The notes below the pieces were generated by a model that worked only from the letters and a program-made list of their open reading frames with translations, did no database searches and was not told where the DNA came from. A DNA stretch of 64,000 nucleotides from Ramazzottius varieornatus (Eukaryota; Animalia; Tardigrada), in the NCBI GenBank assembly GCA_001949185.1, contig BDGG01000001.1, forward strand, positions 5,695,527 through 5,759,526, in the 5' to 3' direction. A program made the position numbers and the translations under genes. Of the stretch, positions 53,205 to 64,000 are shown in pieces; positions within the stretch are counted from its first letter, which is position 1, and every line of letters starts with the position of its first letter.

Positions 53205-53724
53205 GCGAATAACGTGCACGTGTCTCGTGCGAAGAGACGAAACGCCAAATTTCACCGAAACCATCCGAAACCGTAGAAAAAATTTCCAGCGTTCTGGGGG
53301 TTTGCCGTTTAATTGCAATAAAGACAAAGACCCGGAGTGCGAGGCCTTGGATGAGTACCCTGGATTAAAGTTCTATTGCCAGTTACCCTTATGCAACAAC
53401 ATTGCCCCTTTCGATCTCCCCGCATACCGTTTTAAAAACTTCAACAGGACGGGTAACGAGACACTCGGGTGCATTTTAGGAACGACCCCGTGCTCCGAAG
53501 CCACCAGTTTGGCCACTCCCAATGGAAAGACTCCTAAAGAGAGCGCAAGTCCAAACCCTGAAGACGAGGCACGTCCAACCATTACCATTTCTTCGGTCAC
53601 CACGACCTCGACAGCATCGGCCACTAGAGCATGCAAAACGCTCGCTGTTACTTCAGAGACCGTCTTGATCACCATACCGACGTTAGCGGCGGTTCACAGG
53701 ACCTACCTGGCGAGCGTCATCTGA
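53205..53724 (+). CDS. Terminal exon of a Cys-rich (LU-like) surface protein with a Thr-rich stalk; upstream exons unresolved
   Basis: An AG acceptor precedes CTC...C...C...FYCQLPLCN, a Thr/Ser-rich region and a hydrophobic C-terminus. Confidence 0.45.
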
Positions 53725-54708
53725 GCTATCCCCCACCGCACCACACTTCGAGATTTTCAAGGAAGTAATAGAGTAGCATTTAAGAACTGAAGGGAAAGAT
53801 GATCTTGCATACATGTAGAAGAACCTGTTTATGATCGGGACGGTTGCGCCCTCCGTCCTGCACATACAACTAGCTAGCTTTTCTACCTTATAAGGCCAAC
53901 TTCCTAGGCTGGATATTCGATTGGCCATCTCGAACGTCGCGTTTCGGCACGGTTGATGCCTTCGTTATTTTTAGCTGACGTAAAAGATCTCGTGACAGAT
54001 AGTTCGATCGTTCCGAGTGATAGTCGCGCGAGTTAGCTACAATGACATACCGGAATTGTTTGCCGTGCTGCAGTAAAGTGTGAGGTCACACGGCTATATG
54101 TCGAACTCTTCCGGGTCTTTCCTTAGTAGCGAGGATGTTTACATAGTTGCCCAGCGGCTATAGGTACGCTGTGTTTCCGTGCCCATTAAGCTTGCGCCAT
54201 CGTACAGCGCTGGCTTCATGCAACCGACGTACATACAATCGCTACTATTCAGTCAAAGGAATGCTGTACACCATAACTTACAGTATTGCTCTGATCACGG
54301 CCTGCGATGGTTGGATCCATCAAACCTCAAGCATAAGCTTGCCCGACTCAAAACCACGATGTCGAACCACAATTAAGTGCCGCTACTGTATGTGCACCGC
54401 ATTGAATGAAAATCCCTTAAACGGTGACCGGTTGGCAAGAATTTACTTTTGCATAACAGCGTGCACATGGGCATGAATATTGAAATACATCAGCCCAACT
54501 TAAGCACAGTTTCATCAGCGCCGAAAACAGTGTCTCCACTCGACATTCTCTCATGGCCGACATGGAATTCTTCCAGGAGGTCACTGCGTTGTTAAGTCTG
54601 ACCCGACTTGAGCGAAAAATCGACTTTTATAAACCAAGTACGATTCTTAGGGTTCTCATCTCGCTTTCTATCATTCTTTATACATGTGAGGCTGAAGGCC
54701 TTCAATAG

Positions 54709-55510
54709 AACTTTTCGGGAGGTTTTGGATGTGCTATCTGCAATTCTGCTACTCGTGAAGCAGATGGGTGTTTCCAGCCTAATGGACCGTTTCTGGACAA
54801 CAACTTGAGGGTGTGCCCCACGCGTCTTTGCTATGTACGATTTCATGGCGCAGGTAAATTTCTGAACTTCCATTCGTTGTCGCATCCGTCGGTTATGTAA
54901 CGTCGAATAAATTGCGGGTGTTTATATCGTTGCAGATGGGTCTGTTCGTCGAGGATGTGCTGAAGTGATCGCAAGTGAAGAGAAAGGGCAGTGCCAAACT
55001 CTGGATCCCTCGTTGAAGAAGCTGCTGATATCAATCGCGACCACAGGCGATCATTGCTGGACATGCGGAGATATCGGCTGCAATACCGTATCACTCCATC
55101 TAACGATAATCCCCGTCCTCATCATAACGCCACAAGTGTTAAAAGAAATTCGTGTCTATAAACTGGCTTTAGACCAACCATCGAATGTTCCGATTTGCAT
55201 CAGGTTTGTTATGCAGGACAAATCCCCATCGTGGACGACGTACGTGTTCGGTATCGTAGGTTTTGTGGCGCTGTCGATCTTCACAGTGATTTCCATTCGC
55301 TATGGTCGACTATGCTACCGACGCAGAATGAGATCGGTCAACTTTTACGGACCTGACATGTACGTGATTAAAAACAAAAGTCGCGTACTGAATGTCCCCC
55401 GTCGCAAGCGTAACCGAAAGCAAAGCGAGCGTATTCCTACAGCGGTGTCAACTGTACCAAGGAACGATGATCCAGTTCTGTTGTCTTACGTGACTTTCGA
55501 TGCGATGTAA
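54709..55510 (+). CDS. Type I membrane protein with an LU/three-finger-like ectodomain (5' exon not identified)
   Basis: Exon 54709-54853 (CAICNS..GC..VCPTRLCYV) joins through a phase-1 intron to DGSVRRGC..C..CWTCGDIGCN. TM segment YVFGIVGFVALSIFTVISI and a basic tail follow. Confidence 0.7.
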
Positions 55511-56844
55511 TGCTCAGCCATTATCCTTCTGGGGTCATTCAGTAGCTACGACTGCATGATTGAAGCTCGAATTATGTATGTAGCTGGCGCATTCAGAGCG
55601 TCACTGCGGTAACCGCGTGTGTTTCGTACTTGATTTACAGTAGTCATTGTGTTGTATTCAATTGTAGGCTAATTTTACAGTTTCCATTGTCACTGCCCAA
55701 GGGTCTTCACACAGTAGACGTCCAAAATATACGGCGATTTAAACAAACAAGCCGTTCGAATCAATGGAAACTTTCAGCTGGTGCACCATGATGAGGCACA
55801 CGTGCGGGTTCTTCAGCCATGATCAGCCGTATACGTAATGCACGGTGCTTGTGATGCTTTTGCGGTGTTGTCCACAAGCACGGGTCGTGAACGGACACTA
55901 CCACATGACTTCATCACGTCGATCTCGGGAGGTAAGTTGAGCAGGTTAGTTACGTCCTGCTTGACATGCGAGGGGTCCTAGCCACAAAGCCGGTCATAGT
56001 CCTTGTCGTGTGTTTGAGTAAAAGGATCGTCAGATGGATTTCCGGTGGCCAATAATTCATTGAACTCCCGCATAAGTTTTTTCACAGTTTGTATGCACGA
56101 TGGCAAAAAACGTAATTTTGTACAACATTCTCTACCGTACCTTTGGGCACGGTTCGAGCTCGCCATTTAACTCCACCGTAAAGCATCTCGAACTTACCGC
56201 CGGTATCAACGCGACCGGAGGTGTCATTCCGTCTTCCCCACTCCTTTTCCTCCTTCGTCTGTACAAGTTTCCGTTCGCCTGGAAGTTTTCCTCGGCTGGT
56301 AGGTAGTACTGTTGCTCCTAGTTAACGTTGCTCGACGTATCAACTGAACTCTATTTATATAGTCGTGTCGATCTTGTCGGTATCAGAATCGTAGGGGAGG
56401 ACCTCCACAAGGCCCTGATCCCGAAGGCGAGTGGTGATAATCGACAGCAAAACCAAGTGAATGGCAAACAGGTAACAGCAAGCAAACGTACGTACCATTC
56501 CTGGGCATCATCAGGAATCGCGATTGCTGACTGCTAACCTGTATCACCGCAAAGAACGTAGCGTTTTGATTACAGTATGCGTATAGCGAAAACAGATAGA
56601 ACTCGAAGCACCGCCGAAAAAGCAGATCAAGGCTTTCTATCTGGCATTTTGATATGGATATCAAGTCAATAATGTCTGATTGAAATCGTGGTGACCTTTT
56701 ACAATAGACTCTAGTTGGTTGAATTATGACTGTGTATAAATCAGGAGTGTTTATATATACAGAGACTACAGACCGCGACGTGGACTCACGTGTACCGGTA
56801 TGTGAACAAATTTTCCACTGTTTCACCCAATGATCGGTTAGCAT

Positions 56845-57790
56845 GCCTACGCTGCTGCCACCTGTGGACGGACACGCAGTCAAAGACGAAATGTGTGGGG
56901 AAGGGTGTGCTTCTGTCTGGATTCCCGCAGAAGTTGCCACCGACGGCCGAATCCATAAGGTTCACCTCCCTACTGGCAATAGCCCTCTTATCCGTCACCA
57001 AATATACGGACAACCTTCCCATCGAATGGCCAAGACTTCCTGAATGGGTTTCCACAGCACTTTGAAGGTATGGAAACCGGTAGAAAAATCAGCTCCAGAA
57101 ATTGTAACCAGAGGATCAAGCTGGTTCCATGGCCATGCCGGGCAGTGATGTACGGTAGTCGTAAAGTTCCTCGGGTTTTGACCACAAGCTTCCACCACAT
57201 CGATTTCCGGCGGCCAGGTGGCACAAGGCTTTCAGGCTTGGCAGGCAACCGCTACCACCCATAACAGCGGACCAAATTCCGCGTCTTAGCAAACTCCCGA
57301 ACTTCAAGTTCAGTCCTTCCCACACATGCAGTATCAGTGCGGTAAGGTGGCACTTCAAAATTTGGCGGGGTGGTCCAAAGTGAAAAAGCTACCACCATCT
57401 GGATCACAGGACTGTATTGTGGCACATGGATCCGAGATTGGAGAAACTCAGTTGAAAGTGTAAGTAGATAGTCTGGAAAGTAACCGATCGACAGTTTTCG
57501 CTCTACCGACCTCTCGGAAGTTGCGCATTCCATTCCACTTCCCCGTACAGTAGCTTGAGTTTGCAACGGGTGTCGATCGACTCGACCGGAAGTGTATTTT
57601 TGACCAGCCCAACTTTTTCTTTGGCTGCGTATGTACAATATCTTCTACCCGACACGTAGGTCTCTCGCGGTAGATAGTACTAAAGTTGCTGGTTTACTCC
57701 GGCCGTTGCTGGAGGTCGAGACCAAATTTCAATTCCTCTGGTCGATGGAGTTACTGTTAGAGTCATCGTGGGAGACTTCGACGTAATGAA
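56845..57790 (-). pseudogene. GH16 beta-1,3-glucanase (laminarinase-like) pseudogene
   Basis: Collinear motifs across frames: NQQL*YY, YTSGRV, YGEVEWNAQLPRG, GIWSA, WPPEIDVVE (catalytic E-x-D-x-x-E), FHTFKVLW and AVGGNFCGNPDRSTPFP..VFDCVSV. Confidence 0.85.
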
Positions 57791-60499
57791 GACACAGCGT
57801 TTCCGAAATCATATATAACCAAGAAGAATAACAACATGGCCAACGGGCGAGGTTTGTACAGATTCGCCATATCGGGCAAAACAACATTTGGAGCTTTCTA
57901 CAACGATACGATGTCGATCTTTAGCAAGTGAAACTCGTAATATTCGCGATCGGTGGTCCGAACTCACTGATGCTAAACTCGCTCATGTGGTGGTCGCGAA
58001 ATGTTTGCTGTATGAATTTTTTAGCGTGTAGCAAACAAGTTGTGGTACCGATAAGGGCCGTTAAGTGAAAACTAAGATGTTCAGAACGATGGCGAAGACA
58101 GTTTTTGTTTACGAAGCGCCTTGTCAAAGAAAGTTCAACCCTGCAGGCTTCCTAGGAGTGGGTCCACATACACGTAACTTGCCTTGTCCTGGCGTTTATG
58201 TTCTTCTTCCGTGGCTCTTCTGACCTTCGACTTTTTACGATGTGCTCTCGAAATCCACAGTGGATTCATTTTCGGACACCGACGCGGATTACTCGTTTGT
58301 CTACAGAATCAACTGTGTGTCTGGAATAAAAGAAATTGAGGAATCTCGCCCAGTTGACACAGGTTAAAACTACTTTCAGCAATGCTAGCCACACCATCTG
58401 ATCCATCGGCGTACCTGACTCATTTCTACTGTACTCCGTGGAACAGGAATGTGGGAATACGATGGTGAAACTTCACGTAAGATCGGTGTGGTTTTTAGGT
58501 GAAAAGAAAGTGGTGATGCTCATCCTTTTCTCGGGTGACATGGTTCGAGGAGTCGCCTAAGCAGGATGGTTTGAACCCTGGTGGTCCAGAACTGGTTGAA
58601 CAAGCAAGAGCATCCAACAACCGGTTTCTGGCCTCAGGGATCAAACTGCCCATGAAACGACAAGCTCCGTAGGCTATAAGCAGCGGAAGAATCGATCAAT
58701 CAGGAAGCAACAGGTGGTGTAAATAAGATAGCCTGCACGGCCGTCGAGGTTCATCTCCATGCAGATATCGTGGTGGGGTAGGAAGAGAGCAGCATTCGTG
58801 CAGGTCCCACTGTCCAATTCTGGACCTACACTGAATGACTACCTCATCCAACCCAAAAGCACCCATCTTGGGGACTAGGACACAAATAACCGGTTCCGGA
58901 GCTCGTGCAAAGGAACCGTCGATATTGATCAAAGACATTCACCATCATAAATTCATGTGACGGACAGAATCTGAATCCAGCCAGATGAGAGACTGCGGCG
59001 CACAAAGCTTCCGTGATCTAAAATGATAAAGAGTGTATCGGCTGCGGATTGAAGAAGGGTTGTGTGCTGCCGGAGAAAAGCCATCATGAAACGATGTCAT
59101 ACAATCAGGCAGGAAGGATTCCACGAGTGATCAGCGACCAAAACGAACAGACAATGACCAAATTTCTGGACAGACTTTTTTCGAATATAAATGTACCTCG
59201 AGCCATGAATATATGGCGTTCGCGCCGTGAAAGCGCGACTTGCACATCAGTATTCGTTTGGTCTCTACTCCTCTCCGTGTTTATCGTAATGACCGGATGT
59301 GTACGTGCTGTTTGAGCAGAATTATTTGGAGCGACAAAAGATAAGGAAGAAAGAAACGTACTAGCTCATACCAGAGGAAGGCTTCCAGCTGCTTTTTCGA
59401 TTGACAAAAGTTGGAACGTCCTAAAATAGTCTACGCTCTACAGTCCACGCTGTGTACGCTGGCCACCACGTCCACCAATGCCAGCTCCGCAATATGGACA
59501 GCGGCAAGCATACGACCACACCCTGCACAGGCTGGAATGCACAACAATCTCTGCCCTCTCGGGCTGGGCGGAAAGAAGAGTTGCTGTCCGACTCGATAAC
59601 ATCAGCAATTCGTCACCGTCTTCTGGAAGAAAAACAGGCAAAACTTCCGCGTCCCTTTTCACACAGTACTGGATGAGTTGTCGCAGCTCTGAATGTACCG
59701 CATCGAAAAAAATGTCAGGTTGTTTCTCTGAGCTCGTTAACACTATTAGATCGGTTGTAAAGGCCGCAAAGTAACAGGAAGGATACTAGTATTTCTACTC
59801 GCCTTCTGTCTTCGTGTACGAAAAGCTCAAAGAGGCAACAAAAGCGGGACATCAAAACACCTTGCCGGCATTTGTCGGCCATCGAGTAGTTTCTGTCGTT
59901 GGTGTGTTTGGCAGTACGATCCAGCATTTTGCGTCCGTTAACAATGTCGGTGCAGTTCAACGGGAAGATGTTTGTTAACGAGTCTGGTCGAAGCGACTTG
60001 TCATTTTTTGATGGGCCAAATGGAGCACGTGTTATTCCATAATTTTCATCGCCAGCCATTCTTTGGAATGCCACAAATGCATGGTGTGTCACATTCAGTA
60101 CCACAATCGCGATATCGGGTTGTACAGGACTGTATGAATTATGGGTGCATTCTTCAGTCAGCCGTGTTATGCAGCAGCATTTAGCGTTACGCCTAACCGC
60201 CTTCTCTCCACTAACTTAGACCTAGTATGGACGCCAACCTCGACATCCTCCGCTTCATGAATTCTGTTTCATCACGGCAGCCTACACCCCATTGAAAACC
60301 AATTTCTGTTCTTCGGATAACAGCGTCAAATCGACCAACAGCAAACTGATAAAAAATGGCCGATCGAGTTTCTCAGCAACACATTTTCGTCAGATTCTTA
60401 CACTGAACCAATAAAACTAGAAGTAAGCTATTAGCAGACACATTCGGTAACTCTAACAACGCTTAAAACCACACGGTAACCACACGGTGACAGCTTCAC

Positions 60500-61653
60500 C
60501 ATTCGTAGTTCTTTCGGACGTGCTCGTATTCAGGAATTTCCAGTTCGTCCAGTTGCTCTTCGTTGCTAGCTGAATCCGGCGAGTCTTCCGCGTTCTCGTC
60601 CACCAGTCATCCTCTTCTCCAACTTTCGCCTCAACTGCTTCTTCTCCCGCCATTGCTAAGACCACAGAGAGAAAGAGTGTATTAATATTATTTCTTCGGG
60701 AAAGCGTATTCAAATTGATAATTATGTACCTGGGTCCTCAGCTGTCGAAGTGAAGGCTTCGTTCAGGCGGCAGTACTGTCGCGGTCCACCTTGAAACTGC
60801 CATCGAGCTCGCTAGTTGTTGCCTTCAAGCTGTCCTTGCATGAAGGCCTTTCGACTCTTGTGGAGCTCGCGAGAACGAGCACTGCGCACGTTGATGGCTC
60901 GGCTTTTCCCGAACAAATCGGTCAGCTCTTCCTCTCGGGTCGTAGTGTCCGGAGCCATCAGCTGCTCCACAGTCACCATACGTTCCACGTAGTAACAGAT
61001 CTGAAGAGGCCATAAACACTGAACCACCTAACACAAACTTCCGCCATGGAAAACCCAAATTTCGACCACATCTGCTATGGCTAAATAGGAACCATGGAGG
61101 CCTCAACACCCCTCACACATGAGGTCCCCCTCATTTCTACTTGGTTGACTCATATCAATGTTTCATCCTTGATTTGATTGAACAAGGCAAGTTCAGATCG
61201 ACTACAAGACTACCATGCCTTACCTGATCGCAGTCCGTGATGGCCAGCATCCATCCGGGCGCGAACTTGTACACTAAGCTGTTGTTCTGAAAAACTTTCC
61301 CGACCTCCTCTAGTTCCTTCTCAAGCCTCAGACGTAGTTCCCCAGTGATGACTGCTGTGCGGAATTTCCCAGTGATGATGAAGTACGAAACCTCTTCGTC
61401 CTTCTTCGTCACGAGCTTCTCCACGTTGGCCGAAGCTTCTCCTTCGATGTCTTCCCCTTTAGGCAGACAGAGGAATCATCTCGACGGGGTGGTCGGAGGA
61501 CGAAGAAATTTGGATCTTGGACAGATCCGGAAGAACAGCCTCGTTTGTGTCCGACGAGTTGCTTTCAACCAGCTGCTCCACATCCATCTGCTTCTCGCCT
61601 CCCTCTTCCATCTCCATTTCATCTTGGTCAGAATCTTCCGACGCCGACATTCT
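60500..61653 (-). pseudogene. Decayed multi-exon gene of unknown family with an acidic N-terminus
   Basis: Coding-like frames (MSASEDSDQDEMEMEE...; YFIITGKFRT...CDQ|ICYYVERM...) linked by GT-AG sites but with a frameshift and stops. Confidence 0.35.
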
Positions 61654-64000
61654 CACTCCGTACTGTAATCGAAGCTTGAACGAGAGGTCTTGATCCACTT
61701 CCACCGGCAGAATCAAAGAACAATACTGTAAATTGCAAAATTGGAAACGACAACAAACCGTAATGCGGCTCTAGACCCTATGATCGCTCGGACGCGCGAT
61801 AAGTGCATGAACTTCCCGGCACGCTGCGGAGTTCTGAGCGTCACGCTGCGGAGTTCTGTCTTCCAAATCAGTAACAACGGCGCTTCGTCAACGTGGTACG
61901 TTTTGTATTTTCTGTCATATCTCATCAACCTAGGAAATCCCGCTCCTTTTATCCTTCTTGTAGGTACCTAGAGCTTCATAAAATGAGATCCAGCTTCGAG
62001 CACATCGACGACGAGGGTAGAGAATGCATCGTCCAGCTGCGTCCGTGCTTCGGAGGAGCCAACTGTCCGCGCTACGGCGTCACTGGTCGCATCGACGCCA
62101 TCATGTGCTACTTCCAGACTCTACCTCGCACCCGCATTCAAGTTAGACCTCTACCCACCAGTACGCTTGGGGGCATCTTTCAGTGTGACAGTCGGGAAGT
62201 CCGGAAGTCGCTGTGGATGAACAGCGGCAGCCTGACGTTGGTGGCCAGTATCTTCATGTTCGACCGAGCGGACGATCACGTTCACTACCAAGGCGACATG
62301 ATTACCAGTAAGTCAGCAGGGAAAACAGAAACCACAGCTGTGTGTAAGTAGGATCTGCATAATTTGTATCAATGAACTGTTGTAATGGGTCTGTGTCTGA
62401 ACGTCATACGGCTTATGGCACGTCTAGTAGAAATCATGGCCCAGTCAGGTAGACTCACCGGGCAGCGTACGTTGTTTCTATTGTGCTGGTCCATTCAGTC
62501 GTTTTGGACCCCGTGATGGGTTCTTTGCACAATTTGGGTGGATTTAGTGTGAACAGCATGTCGCCAGTCGGTCTGAGAGATGGTCAGGGCCGTGATGAGA
62601 TGGCGACCACGAAGCAGGGTGGGCAGAAGAGTGAGAATTAACGAGTGATAAAGTGCGATGTTTGTAGGTACGTCGCATTGAAGTTGGCGCGGACAATGGC
62701 GGTCGCCATCGATCTTTACCTCCGCTTTTAGACCAAAGAATCTCAAAACTCAGCTATCCGTGGCCGCTAGACATGCAACTCAATTACCTAGCAAGTCGCA
62801 TATCTCTCTTAATCTCCACCTATTAATTTCCAGTAATAATCACAGATTTGACCCTGATTTGATTTCGCTTGACAAGCGTCCTTCTGCAAAACGGCAAGAG
62901 AAAATATTTTTTCTAGTGCTACATGTTATCTACAACTGTCACGTGAAGAACTTTTCGTCGGGTAAGATTTGTTCTGTTATTGTTGAAAAAACAAGAGACT
63001 AAAACTACTGAAATCGTCACATCACGTACTGATGATTACGACAATCGCGCGGAAGAGTGTAGGAAATGGAGAAGAACACTGTCAGTCATTGTGGCGGTAA
63101 AGTTTGGGAAGAACCTTGTCTGAGAACTCACAGCATTTTCGAAGCGTGTAATCTTGTTCGAGAGTTTTGCTCCCTCGTTGACTCTCTCATTCATCTTTGT
63201 TATTTTAAATTGCATGCTTTTGGCCTTCGGGCCAAAAGCCTGCAAGTCGGACAGCGATATAATAACGGCAGGACAATGCAGAAGACACAAGCCGACAACG
63301 CCTGCGATCGTACAGACTTGGGTATCCATCGTGACCTGCAATGGACCATCCGGTTATGAGGCATGTCGACCGTCATGACTGGCGAGAAGCTGGCAGCTTG
63401 TCTACCCTTGAGCTTCTAGTTTAGTACAGCAAAGGTAAGATCAAGGTAAGAAGCTCAAGAGTGCGAAGAAGAATGCGAAGTGTGAAGCCAGCCATACGTA
63501 CGTCCGAAGAATCCGACAGGTGTACGATGATATGAGTAAGAACCACAAGTACAAAGCTTCTGCTTCTTCTTCTGATCGATGAGGCTTCTTCGGACTTCGG
63601 ACTGGCTACTTTTACCGTGAGCAATAGGTTATCGTCGGCGAGGAGTGGAGATTGGAGGTCGCGGTCGCGTCTTGACGGTTCTCTCTTGGTCATACCCACC
63701 GCACAGCCTCTAGCTACCTGTCTTCATCTTCCGCTTGTTCCGTTTTCCGTCCTCCACTTCGCATTGTTATCTGATCGTACCTGCTTTGCTAATCAGCCCC
63801 AGCGTACTGTATAATTTTTTCTGCGCTGTCCGGTGTTAATGAACCGTTGGTAGCCAAGACAGGGAGCGGAAAGTCCACAGCCGTGTGTCGGTTCATCCGA
63901 GAAGCAGTTCGGTGGAATACAAGGAACTATCCAGCTGACTTCATAACTTTCTGCGTTCGATATGGAGACCGTACGCTGAAAGACGGTGTTCTCCGATCGA

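Noticed and set aside
1-64000. tRNA, rRNA or prokaryotic operon features
   Set aside because: None recognised by eye; the genes carry spliceosomal introns. A covariance-model scan would be needed to exclude small ncRNAs.

Overview
Compact eukaryotic (invertebrate animal) genomic DNA with many short spliceosomal introns (mostly about 65-240 nt). The organisation would fit a tardigrade-like compact genome, but the species cannot be proven from the sequence. Apparently intact host genes: a GPI-anchored Ly6/LU protein, a stand-alone KCNH (eag/ERG)-type PAS protein, a miniature membrane guanylyl-cyclase-like protein with a degenerate active site, a PA-TM-RING E3 ligase, an SLC6 transporter, glutathione reductase (GSR) head-to-head with the glutamate-cysteine ligase modifier subunit (GCLM), a TIS11-like tandem CCCH protein, and one or two further LU-like surface proteins. 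Much of the rest is transposon-derived: a near-intact DD37D (maT) element, a Tc5-like element with TNA TSD, a PIF/Harbinger element between GSR and GCLM, a CRE-clade LINE, hAT, Helitron, Tigger and MULE remnants, several MITEs and a ~1.9 kb direct duplication. There is also a decayed bacterial-style GH16 glucanase and two BEN-domain-like gene remnants. Most notable: the GSR/GCLM glutathione gene pair, whose GSR has an atypical, acidic pocket for the NADPH 2'-phosphate; the free eag-PAS gene; and the half-site mini guanylyl cyclase. All exon models and alignments were made by eye.
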